The notes below the pieces were generated by a model. That model did no database searches and was not told the origin of the DNA. It saw only the letters and a list, made by a program, of their open reading frames with translations. The translations under genes were made by a program, and so were the position numbers. Positions 52,197 to 61,810 of a DNA stretch of 64,000 nucleotides are shown here, piece by piece (positions within the stretch are counted from its first letter, which is position 1; every line of letters starts with the position of its first letter). The stretch comes from a bacterium (GTDB lineage Bacteria; Hydrothermota; 32-111): positions 78,258-142,257 of the forward strand of contig JBFXGO010000001.1 of assembly GCA_050239825.1 (NCBI GenBank), written 5' to 3'.

Positions 52197-54500
52197 CATT
52201 GTACAGAGAAGCGCTGTGGACAGGCTTCTCATTCGGAACTGTAAAGGCAAAATCTTTCTCAACCGTGTCACCCTGAACGCCTCTATGGTTATGACTATCG
52301 TGAAGGGTCTATCAGTTTATTGTTAATTGAAGTTTGTTTATAGGCTACTGACGGGTGTAGCGTCGGCTCACACACTCCGCTTCGCCGCTTAATCAAGATG
52401 GGTTAGCGTAGCAAGGAGACAACCATTTGATGGGCGTCTTCGCGGAGCGTCCTCGCCGACTTTAAGCTTTCGTATATCAATAAGTTAATTAATTGTTTGT
52501 TGCAGTGGGGACACACCGAAGGAATGTCCCCACATTGGCGAGGGCGTAATGGACGCGAGCGCACATGATAGACGCCTTGGGCTGCACCAGAACTTTGTGA
52601 AGATTACTGTAAATACAAAATCTTACTCAGCAGTGTCACCCTGAACGCCTCTATGGTTATGACTATCGTGAAGGGTCTATCATTTGATTGATTATTGATA
52701 ATTGAAGATTGAGCTGGGGCTGCACGCGGGCGTAGCGTCGGCTCACACACTCCGCTTCGCCGCTTTATCAAGATGGGATAGCGGAGCAAGGAGACAACCA
52801 CTTGATGGGCGTCTGCGCGGAGCGTCCTCGCCGACTTGCAGCTTTCGTGTATCAATAAGTTAATTAATTGTTTGTTGCAGTGGGGACACACCGAAGGAAT
52901 GTCCCCACATTGGCGAGGGCGTAATGGACGCGAGCGTCCATGATAGAAAGAATGGGTTGTACCAGAAGTTTTAGAAGATTACTGAAAATACAAAATCTTA
53001 TTCAACAGTGTCACCCTGAACTACGCTTTAGTTATGACTATCGTGAAGGGTCTATCATTTGATTGATTATTGATAATTGAAGATTGAACTGGGGCTGCAC
53101 GCGGGCATAGCGTCGGCTCGCACACTCCGCTTCGCCGCTTAATCAAGATGGGATAGCGGAGCAAGGGGTCGCCCACTTGATGGGCGTCTTCGCGGAGCGT
53201 CCTCGCCGACTTGTAGCTTTCGTGTATCAATAAGTTAATTAATTGTTTGTTGCAGTGGGGACACACCGAAGGAATGTCCCCACATTGGCGAGGGTGTAAT
53301 GTGCGCGAGCGCACATGATAGACGCCTTGGGCTGCACCAGAACTTTGTGAAGATTACTGTAAATACAAAATCTTACTCAGCGGTGTCACCCTGAACGCCT
53401 CTATGGTTATGACTATCGTGAAGGGTCTATCAGTTGATTGATTATTGATAATTGAAGATTGAGCTGGGGCTGCTGGCGGGCTTAGCGTCGGCTCACACAC
53501 TCCGCTTCGCCGCTTTATCAAGATGGGTTAGCGGAGCAAGGGGTCGCCCACTTGATGGGCGTCTTCGCGGAGCGTCCTCGCCGACTTTAAGCTTTCGTGT
53601 ATCAATAAGTTAATTAATTGATTGTCCTCATGAGAAGCATTGTACAGAGAAGCGCTGTGGACAGGCTTCTCATTCGGAACTGTAAAGACAAAATCTTACT
53701 CAACTGTGTCACCCGGAATTATTCAGTAGTTATGACTCAACAATGTCACCCTGAACGCCTCTATGGTTATGACTATCGTGAAGGGTCTATCAGTTGATTG
53801 ATTATTGATAATTGAAGATTGAGCTGGGGCTGCACGCGGGCATAGCGTCGGCTCACACACTCCGCTTCGCCGCTTTATCAAGATGGGTTAGCGGAGCAAG
53901 GGGTCGCCCACTTGATGGGCGTCTTCGCGGAGCGTCCTCGCCGACTTTAAGCTTTCGTATATCAATAAGTTATTTAATTGATTGAATCTTCACAAAGCAT
54001 TGGCTTGGGAGAAATGTGCGCTAACGCACATGATAGAGGTATCGGGTTGCACCAGAACTTTGTGAAGATTACTGTAAAGACAAAATCTTACTCAGCAGTG
54101 TCACCCTGAACGCCTCTATGGTTATGACTATCGTGAAGGGTCTATCATTTGATTGATTATTGATAATTGAAGATTGAGCTGGGGCTGCACGCGGGCGTAG
54201 CGTCGGCTCACACACTCCGCTTCGCCGCTTTATCAAGATGGGATAGCGGAGCAAGGAGACAACCACTTGATGGGCGTCTGCGCGGAGCGTCCTCGCCGAC
54301 TTGCAGCTTTCGTGTATCAATAAGTTAATTAATTGTTTGTTGCAGTGGGGACACACCGAAGGAATGTCCCCACATTGGCGAGGGCGTAATGGACGCGAGC
54401 GTCCATGATAGAAAGAATGGGTTGTACCAGAAGTTTTAGAAGATTACTGAAAAGAATAAATCTTGCTCAGCTCCCCGTATTTTGCTCACGGCTCATGACT
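52197..54500. repeat. Non-coding mosaic array 2: six tandem units of about 355-375 bp
   Basis: 99-nt core at 52362, 52737, 53112, 53487, 53847 and 54202 (spacing 375, 375, 375, 360, 355), interleaved with TGTCACCCTGAAC...GAAGGGTCT, GGGGACA/TGTCCCC and CATTG...ACTGWAAA modules. Confidence 0.97.
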
Positions 54501-54595
54501 GACTTGGTTGGCAACAGCGTAACCGCTCATCATCCCTTGACTATTATTTTTTTATACATACAATATATGTGTTATTTTAATTATAGGAGGATTTT

Positions 54596-55663
54596 ATGCA
54601 TAAAAAATTGTTCATTCCCGGGCCCACAGAGGTCGTCAAAGAGGTCCGCGATGCGATGGCCTGTGAGATGATCGGGCACAGGATGAAGGAGTTTACTGAG
54701 CTCTACAATGCTGTTGAGCCGAAACTCCAGCAGGCTCTCTACACAAAGAACAGAGTTCTCATGGTCACTGCTTCTGCAACAGGATGTATGGAGGCGGTTG
54801 TGAGAAACTTCTCAAAGAAGAAGATTTTGTCGGGAATGTGCGGTGCCTTTTCTGACAGATGGTATGACATTGCAGTAGGCAACGGCAAACCGGCAGGACA
54901 GTTGAAAGTCGAATGGGGAAAAGCAATAAAACCTGAAATGGTTGATGATGCTTTAAAGACAGGAGAGTACGATGTCTTTACTCTTGTACACAATGAGACA
55001 TCAACCGGAGTCAAGAACCCCATAGAGGAGATTTCAGAAGTTATGAAGAAGTATCCTGATGTGATTTTTGCTGTTGACGCTGTCTCTTCTCTCACAGGGT
55101 ACAAGATTGATGTTGATGCTTTGGGTATAGACATCATTCTCGCAGGCGTTCAGAAGTGCTTCGCCCTTCCCCCCGGACTTGCAGTTATGTCTGTCTCTCC
55201 GAAATCTATTGAGAGGGCAAAGACTGTTGCAAACAGGGGCTACTACTTTGATGTAATAGATATGCTCAAGTATGATGAAAAGGGCCAGACTCCCTCCACA
55301 CCGTCGGTTTCCCACATTAATGCTCTTAATGTGCAGATGGACAGGATGTTGAAAGAGGGCTTGGATAACAGGTTCGCGCGCCACAAGAAGATGGCAGACA
55401 TGGTATTTGACTGGGCGAAGAGCAAGGGCATAGAACTCTTCCCTGAAAAAGGCTATGAGTCATGGACTGTGGTTACTATGAAGAACAACAGGAATTTCAA
55501 TATTTCCGAACTCAACAAGGAGCTTGGAAAGAGGGGAAAGACTTTGTCAAACGGGTACGGCAAATTAAAAGAGGTGACATTCAGAATAGCCGCGATGGGA
55601 GACCTCATGCCCGCAGACATACACGAACTCCTTAATGATGTCAATGACATCCTTAAAATATAG
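54596..55663 (+). CDS. Class V PLP aminotransferase (serine-pyruvate/alanine-glyoxylate/phosphoserine type)
   Basis: LFIPGPT, VHNETSTG, VDAVSS, GVQKCFALPPG. Confidence 0.93.
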   Translation: MHKKLFIPGPTEVVKEVRDAMACEMIGHRMKEFTELYNAVEPKLQQALYTKNRVLMVTASATGCMEAVVRNFSKKKILSGMCGAFSDRWYDIAVGNGKPAGQLKVEWGKAIKPEMVDDALKTGEYDVFTLVHNETSTGVKNPIEEISEVMKKYPDVIFAVDAVSSLTGYKIDVDALGIDIILAGVQKCFALPPGLAVMSVSPKSIERAKTVANRGYYFDVIDMLKYDEKGQTPSTPSVSHINALNVQMDRMLKEGLDNRFARHKKMADMVFDWAKSKGIELFPEKGYESWTVVTMKNNRNFNISELNKELGKRGKTLSNGYGKLKEVTFRIAAMGDLMPADIHELLNDVNDILKI

Positions 55664-55671
55664 GAGGAGAA

Positions 55672-56574
55672 ATGAAAGTCCTTGTGAGTGACAAAGTCGC
55701 CGATAGTGCAGTCGAACAAATGCGCCAACAGGGGCATGATGTAACTGTCAAGACGGGATTAGCTCCTGAAGAACTTGAAAAAATCATCGGCGAATTCGAA
55801 TGCATTATTGTGAGAAGCGCCACAAAAGTGAAGAAGAACATAATTGATGCAGGCAAGAATCTTAAGCTCGTCATCAGAGGCGGTGTCGGAGTCGACAACA
55901 TTGATGTCGATTATGCAAAATCAAAAAACATTGAAGTGAAGAACACTCCGGCGGCATCAAGCGAATCAGTGGCAGAGCTTGCTATATCACATATGCTTTC
56001 CCTCGCGAGAGCGCTACCGATAGCGGACAAATCAATGAAAGAAGGAAAGTGGGAAAAGAAAAAATTTGAAGGAACGGAACTTTATAAAAAAACTCTCGGA
56101 GTCATAGGACTCGGAAGAATCGGACGCGAAGCCGCCAGAATAGGATTTTACGGCTTCTCAATGAATGTTCTCGGCTATGACCCATTTGTGAAAGAGGTAT
56201 CTGAACCTCCGGTAAAGATAGCCACTCTTGAACGGATACTTAAAGAGTCGGATTATATCACTCTTCATCTTCCCTTGACAGAGGATTCCAAACACATGAT
56301 TTCGACAGAGCAGTTCAAGATGATGAAGAAGAGCGCATTCCTTGTCTCCTGCGCAAGGGGAGGCATAGTGGATGAAGCGGCTCTTTTGGAAGCTCTGAAG
56401 AACAATGTGATAAAGGGCGCGGCCCTTGATGTTTTTGAAACTGAACCACCGGCAAGAAGTGGGCTTTTTGACCTTGAAAATTTCTTATCAACCCCTCATG
56501 TGGGAGCTCAGACTCTTGAAGCTCAAGAGAGAGTGGCAGACGAGATAGTCAAGATAATGGCCAGCTACAAGTAA
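55672..56574 (+). CDS. serA: D-3-phosphoglycerate dehydrogenase-like D-2-hydroxyacid dehydrogenase (no ACT domain)
   Basis: IVRSATKV, GVGVDNID, GLGRIG, ARGG, TPHVGAQTLEAQ. Confidence 0.8.
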   Translation: MKVLVSDKVADSAVEQMRQQGHDVTVKTGLAPEELEKIIGEFECIIVRSATKVKKNIIDAGKNLKLVIRGGVGVDNIDVDYAKSKNIEVKNTPAASSESVAELAISHMLSLARALPIADKSMKEGKWEKKKFEGTELYKKTLGVIGLGRIGREAARIGFYGFSMNVLGYDPFVKEVSEPPVKIATLERILKESDYITLHLPLTEDSKHMISTEQFKMMKKSAFLVSCARGGIVDEAALLEALKNNVIKGAALDVFETEPPARSGLFDLENFLSTPHVGAQTLEAQERVADEIVKIMASYK

Positions 56575-56580
56575 TCTTCT

Positions 56581-59280
56581 ATGAAGAAGGAAATCTTCGG
56601 ATTTCTTGCAGGTAAATATCTGAAGCAGAGAATCATTGATTCTCTGCTTCTTTTTTTATCGCACTCTCTTGTGATTTGTGGGTTATCAGCATTCTTATAT
56701 AATCTTCTCTTCATGAACCGCACACTTTTTGTGGTTTTTCTTGCGGTTGCATTTGTTTTTGATTTTTACAAGGTTTTTCTCTTGTTTTTCAGGGAGTATG
56801 AGAGCATAAAGGACATAAACAGAATCAATCCGAAGATGAGGAATTTGATCCTTGCCGCCTATGAAGAAAAACTGCGCGGCAAAGAGTTTGACCTTCAGAG
56901 GGAGCTTGATAAATCGAATGTAAATGATTTTAACTGCATCTGCCTTGAAAAGAGAGTGAAGATAATGAGAATTCTGGCTTTGACGATAATTCAATTTTTA
57001 CTGCTTATTTTGCTCTTTCCACTACATTTTTCAAATGCCGCCGGGTTGACCGAGAAAAGAGCGGTAGTGAGCATAGAAGAGAATAAAATTATTGTTAAAG
57101 GATATAATCTTGGCTCCATAACAGGAGATTTCTTTATTGAGGATTTGTATGGCGCGCAAAAGTTTGACGAATCAAAAAAATACCCTTCAGTTTCGCTTCT
57201 CTTCTTCAAAGGTCCGAGGGTAATCAGCAACAAAATAAAGTTCGGGCTTTTAAGCAGAATGACTGTCGATTCTTTGATTACTCTTGTTCAGCCTCATCCA
57301 TATCAAAAGAGAGATGGTTATACTGAAAATTCCACAATTGTTTATATTCCCGAATATGCAGATGTAAAATCAACTGCTTATGCTTTCGAAAACACAAGGA
57401 CTTTCTTCACACAAGAAAGATTTGAGAATGACACAATTTTGAAAATACAGGGAACATCCGATTCACTCACCCTTTTGCTGATAAATGACGCCGCTCCGGC
57501 TGTAAAAATACTTGTTGACAGTGAGAGCATCAGGAACAGAGATATAGTTCTTCTTCCCTGTGCTTACGCAGATGATTATGAAGTAAAGAGAGTCGGAGTT
57601 ATAATTAAGACAGAGGCGGATTCAATAACCTTCTTTGTTGACAGCCCGAATGAATCCATCTCCTTCTTTGAAATCAATCTGTCCAATATAGCCGGTAACG
57701 AGGGCTGGATAAAGGCATTCGCCAGCGATAACAATCCATTCAGAAATCAGACATCCTATTCACAGGAACTGCGTTTCAGTAAAAAGCTTGATGTCATTGA
57801 ACTGCTTGAAGAGATTGAAGCCAATGAAGTATTCTCCGGATTTTCCGAGATGACCGAAAGGATGACTGATGAGCTGAGCGAGAGGAGAATGGAGATTGAA
57901 AAAAAGAGCATAGAGGAGACGATCGATAAATACAGTGAGAATCTGAAGGATGTGAGCGAAGCCCTAAAAGAACTTGAACAATCATTGCAGGATGCATCAC
58001 GAAAGAGTCTGCCCGAAGAAATCATGAAACAGATGTATGAAATAAAAAAAGAGATTGACAAAATAGATGAAGAGGTTCTCTCGAAAATAATAGAGAAGGT
58101 TGATAAAATAGAGAAGTCCGAAATGAATCGTGAAGCGGCAATGGAGATGATGAAGAGAGATTCAAAGATGATTGAAGAGTCATTGAAGCAGCTGCAGAAA
58201 ATGCTTGAAACTCTGAACAAACTCAGTGAATTGAAGAATTTTCAAGAGAGAATTGAAAACATGGAAAAGATGATGGAAAACGAAAACAATAAACAGAAAG
58301 ATGTGACGGATGAACTGGGGAAAGAAAAGGAGAGGGCTGAAGAATCCGAAAATCTAAAAGAGTGGACAGAAGATTTGGATGAAGCAGAGAGTTTATCCAA
58401 GGCGGCAGAAGAGGATTCAAAAAAGAAAAGCAGTGTGAAGGAAAAACTTGAGAAGATAAAAAAAGAGGCGCAGGAGAAGATGAATTCCCTATCGGGAAAT
58501 CAAAAGTATGACAAGGATCAGGTCATTCTCACACTTCTTGCTCTTAACGAGATGATCACAGAGAAAAAATCGGCTCTCGGCGTATATGCATCAGTTTTAA
58601 ATTTTGCGCATGCGGAAAATGACCCTAAAAATCCTCTTTTTCTCCTTATACAGCGAGGCAGAATGATTGTTGAGGAAGCCAACTCCTCTGTTGACGACAT
58701 AATAAATTATAATTTCTTTATAATATCGCACCTTTTGAAGAAAATGCCCCCATCCGGAGGAGGAATGTCCATGGAGCAGATGATGGATGCGCTCTCCTCT
58801 CTCAGTGAAGAGCAAAAGTCATTGTCTGAAACATTGTGGAATATGTTCGATTCACAGAATATGGGTTCAGAGATGATGAACGAGATTTCAAGGTATCAGA
58901 AAGAGATAGCCCGGAAGCTGAAGGAGCTTGGAGAAAAGAGCGGAGACGGAGGAGGGATGTCACAGCTCGGAGACTCCCTTGCAGATGTCGCCGAAAAGAT
59001 AGAAAAAAATGAAATCAATGAAGATATTCTGAAAAAGCAGGACAGAATTTTAAACAAGATGCTTAAGATGACAAAAGCTCTATACAAAGAGGGAATAACA
59101 GAGAAGAGGGAGTCAAAAACCGGAAAGGAGTATGCAGAACCTGTGAGGCTTGCAGTGCCTGAGGACTATGGGTTTAAAAAGTCATCTTTTGAAAAAATGC
59201 TCAAAAAGTTTTTAACTGAATATAGAGACGAGAGCATTGAGTTTATCATAAAGAAATATTACATGGAGCTTTTAAGATGA
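56581..59280 (+). CDS. Membrane protein with long coiled-coil region (DUF4175-like architecture)
   Basis: N-terminal TM helices; DAAPAV...ADDYEV...FASDNN; E/K/Q-rich coiled coils; ends KKYYMELL. Confidence 0.6.
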   Translation: MKKEIFGFLAGKYLKQRIIDSLLLFLSHSLVICGLSAFLYNLLFMNRTLFVVFLAVAFVFDFYKVFLLFFREYESIKDINRINPKMRNLILAAYEEKLRGKEFDLQRELDKSNVNDFNCICLEKRVKIMRILALTIIQFLLLILLFPLHFSNAAGLTEKRAVVSIEENKIIVKGYNLGSITGDFFIEDLYGAQKFDESKKYPSVSLLFFKGPRVISNKIKFGLLSRMTVDSLITLVQPHPYQKRDGYTENSTIVYIPEYADVKSTAYAFENTRTFFTQERFENDTILKIQGTSDSLTLLLINDAAPAVKILVDSESIRNRDIVLLPCAYADDYEVKRVGVIIKTEADSITFFVDSPNESISFFEINLSNIAGNEGWIKAFASDNNPFRNQTSYSQELRFSKKLDVIELLEEIEANEVFSGFSEMTERMTDELSERRMEIEKKSIEETIDKYSENLKDVSEALKELEQSLQDASRKSLPEEIMKQMYEIKKEIDKIDEEVLSKIIEKVDKIEKSEMNREAAMEMMKRDSKMIEESLKQLQKMLETLNKLSELKNFQERIENMEKMMENENNKQKDVTDELGKEKERAEESENLKEWTEDLDEAESLSKAAEEDSKKKSSVKEKLEKIKKEAQEKMNSLSGNQKYDKDQVILTLLALNEMITEKKSALGVYASVLNFAHAENDPKNPLFLLIQRGRMIVEEANSSVDDIINYNFFIISHLLKKMPPSGGGMSMEQMMDALSSLSEEQKSLSETLWNMFDSQNMGSEMMNEISRYQKEIARKLKELGEKSGDGGGMSQLGDSLADVAEKIEKNEINEDILKKQDRILNKMLKMTKALYKEGITEKRESKTGKEYAEPVRLAVPEDYGFKKSSFEKMLKKFLTEYRDESIEFIIKKYYMELLR

Positions 59281-60116
59281 AGAAAGTGCAACTTTTGATT
59301 GTTGTTTTAACTCTCTCCTTATGCATCTTTTCTTTGGAGGGTGTCAAAAAAGAGGGTGAGTTTGAAGCATTTGCTGATGATTACTTTGAAGCAAAGCGTG
59401 AGGGAGATAAATCAGCTATCTTGTTCTTGAAGGATGCTTCAAATAAAAATCAAAATGCAGGTTTTATGGGAAAATTGGCTTTATATGATCTGACGGTTGA
59501 CTTTACTGATTATCTAAAAGATAGTCCGCAAAAACAATTTTATGCGGATGTTTTGGAGGCGCTAAAAACAGAATCCTATGACAAAGAGGGAACAGACGAT
59601 TACTCATTGATGGCTCTTCTTTTGTCCCGCAGGTTTGATGACTTCAGGGAATTGTCAAAGAAAACATCTGTTTCAAAAGAGATTGAATACATGAATCTGC
59701 TGTGCGACCTCTTCTCCTCAGAGCATGAAAATTTTAAAAACAACCTCTCTGTTTATCTCTCAAAATACAACAATAATTTTGAAAGATACAAGCTTGTCAG
59801 ATACTCTCTGATGACTTCATACGCATCAGACGGGGAGATGTTTTTACAGCATTTCAAAAAGAATAATGCAAAGACCCGCATTATAGCGTCAATAACTGCA
59901 AAGGAGACACCAGTAATGTATGAAATTTTATTGGAGGAGGGCAAAGAGAAGGAAGCAGAAAAGCTCAAGGAGCTATTAAAAAAGAGTCCATCTTATTTTG
60001 CCGAGGTCATTCTTATAGATCATGAGCATGGACGACTTGATAAAAAAGATTTAAAAGAGTTTGTCTTTGCTCACAAAGAATTTCCTCTGAATGTATTTTT
60101 CCTGGAGCTACAATGA
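59277..60116 (+). CDS. Hypothetical exported protein
   Basis: Signal-peptide-like N-terminus; ATGA coupling on both sides. Confidence 0.65.
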   Translation: MKKVQLLIVVLTLSLCIFSLEGVKKEGEFEAFADDYFEAKREGDKSAILFLKDASNKNQNAGFMGKLALYDLTVDFTDYLKDSPQKQFYADVLEALKTESYDKEGTDDYSLMALLLSRRFDDFRELSKKTSVSKEIEYMNLLCDLFSSEHENFKNNLSVYLSKYNNNFERYKLVRYSLMTSYASDGEMFLQHFKKNNAKTRIIASITAKETPVMYEILLEEGKEKEAEKLKELLKKSPSYFAEVILIDHEHGRLDKKDLKEFVFAHKEFPLNVFFLELQ

Positions 60117-61336
60117 TGTTCATGCTGATTCTCTTTTTCTCTGTCTCGCTAAAAGCGGATGTTTTTATTCCGATGGATGAGTCGCAGACCGACCACTTGA
60201 AAGCTTATGGTGTTGTTTACAGAATGCTTGAAAAAGGAAGCAAATGCCACTGGCTTCTAAACTACATGGGCGGGAGCTTCATCATAGAGGATGACAAAAC
60301 AGCTCTTGAAGAGTGCGGCAATGAAATTGTCGCATGCGAAGCCATCACAGAGAGCCGGAGGAATTTCATCATAAGCAAAACAAATGAATCCGGAGGAAAG
60401 GATGTCATCCTTGAAAAAGCTCCCAAAATAGCAGTTTATTCTCCGCCGGGTAAGGAGCCGTGGGATGATGCTGTCACTCTCGTGCTTGATTACACAAAGA
60501 TTCCATACGCAGTTATTTACGACAAAGAGATACTTATGGGAAAGATTTACGAGTATGAATGGCTTCACCTCCACCATGAAGATTTTACGGGGCAGTTTGA
60601 CAGATTTTACCTGAATTCTCTTAATCAAAGCTGGTTGATTGGGATGATTGAATTTCAGAAAACATTGTCTAAGGAACTCGGCTACTCCAAGTACTGGATG
60701 ATGAAGAGAGATGTTGCAAAAGAGATATCCAACTATGTAAAACGAGGAGGTTTTCTCTTCTCCATGTGCTCCGGAACGAACACACTTGACGATGCTTTGG
60801 CATTGTCGCATCAGGATATTATACCGGCGCTTCTGGATGGGGATGGAACTATAGAGCCGAAGCTGGACTATTCCAATACATTTGCATTCACGGCTTTCAA
60901 GATGAATTCGGCGTTTTCTATTGATATTGACGATATCAATTACGAACCGGAGGCAAAACTCTACTGGGAGAATGAAAAATTTACGCTGACAAAATTCTCT
61001 CCGCAGACCGATCCGGTTGAGGCAATGCTGACACAGAATCATACATTAAAAATAAATGAGTTTCTCGGGCGCACCACTACATTCAGAAAAGACAAACTTA
61101 AGCAGACGACAGTGATTCTCGGAGATGCATTTGACAATAAGTACGCAAAGTATATTCACGGCGCATACGGTGAGGGATTCTTCACATTTCTTGCCGGCCA
61201 TGATCCTGAGGACTTTGTTCATTATGTGAATGACCCTCCAACCGATTTGCAGTTTTACAAACATTCTCCGGGCTATCGCCTGATTCTCAACAATGTTCTC
61301 TTCCCCGCATCTCAGGAGAAGAAAAAGAAAACATAA
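60113..61336 (+). CDS. Conserved exported protein with class I glutamine-amidotransferase-like region (family often labelled asparagine synthetase B)
   Basis: IPMDESQTDHLKAYG, PWDDAVTL, WLHLHHEDFTGQ, GHDPED, GYRLILNNVLFP. Confidence 0.7.
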   Translation: MMFMLILFFSVSLKADVFIPMDESQTDHLKAYGVVYRMLEKGSKCHWLLNYMGGSFIIEDDKTALEECGNEIVACEAITESRRNFIISKTNESGGKDVILEKAPKIAVYSPPGKEPWDDAVTLVLDYTKIPYAVIYDKEILMGKIYEYEWLHLHHEDFTGQFDRFYLNSLNQSWLIGMIEFQKTLSKELGYSKYWMMKRDVAKEISNYVKRGGFLFSMCSGTNTLDDALALSHQDIIPALLDGDGTIEPKLDYSNTFAFTAFKMNSAFSIDIDDINYEPEAKLYWENEKFTLTKFSPQTDPVEAMLTQNHTLKINEFLGRTTTFRKDKLKQTTVILGDAFDNKYAKYIHGAYGEGFFTFLAGHDPEDFVHYVNDPPTDLQFYKHSPGYRLILNNVLFPASQEKKKKT

Positions 61337-61484
61337 GAGTAGAGGATATACTGCGGATTACCCTTTTTTCAGAAAGCAATAATAAATTATTTTCCATAAA
61401 AATGTTTAAATGATAATTTACAACTTGACAAAGACTAAAATATAGTTCAGCATTTTATTAACTACAACTTAAAGGAGGAATAAT

Positions 61485-61810
61485 ATGGAAAGGAAACAGA
61501 CCTTATCACTGAGGAATTTGGTTTCCTCTCTCTCTCTCTCTACAAAATCAGCGTTTAAGCTTATATTAACATTTCTGACATTAATTTCTATTTCGACATC
61601 AATATATGGATTGGATGACATAACAAGAGACAGTATAGAGGTATTATTCAATTCGCGGATAACTTTTACGGAAGGGAGCGAGAAAAACATCTATGAGATA
61701 TGCGACAGCCTACTTGATAGTAATTACGGTATAGGTAATGATAAGGGTGAGCTGTCATGGGGAGTTGGGATTGACATAAAGGAGATGATAAAATTATATG
61801 AGACGACGAT
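61485..61810 (+). pseudogene. N-terminal fragment of a secreted protein interrupted by an IS256 remnant
   Basis: GGAGG RBS; signal-like segment; the frame reads into the IS end at 61811 and stops at 61835. Confidence 0.6.

Noticed and set aside
52362..52460. Known ribozyme, riboswitch or group II intron domain
   Set aside because: I could not see a hammerhead CUGANGA/GAAA core, group II domain V or a recognisable aptamer by eye. An Rfam search is still needed to exclude this formally.
52197..54500. CRISPR array interpretation of the tandem repeats
   Set aside because: Units are about 355-375 bp, the intervening sequences are themselves repeated modules rather than unique spacers, and there are no cas genes in the window.
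52604..54671. Repeated minus-strand ORFs (MCPHCNKQ..., also 20781-21080) and ORF 54405-54671 as a protein family
   Set aside because: Starts and stops differ between copies, other copies lack the ORF, there is no RBS, and the variation follows base pairing rather than codon position.
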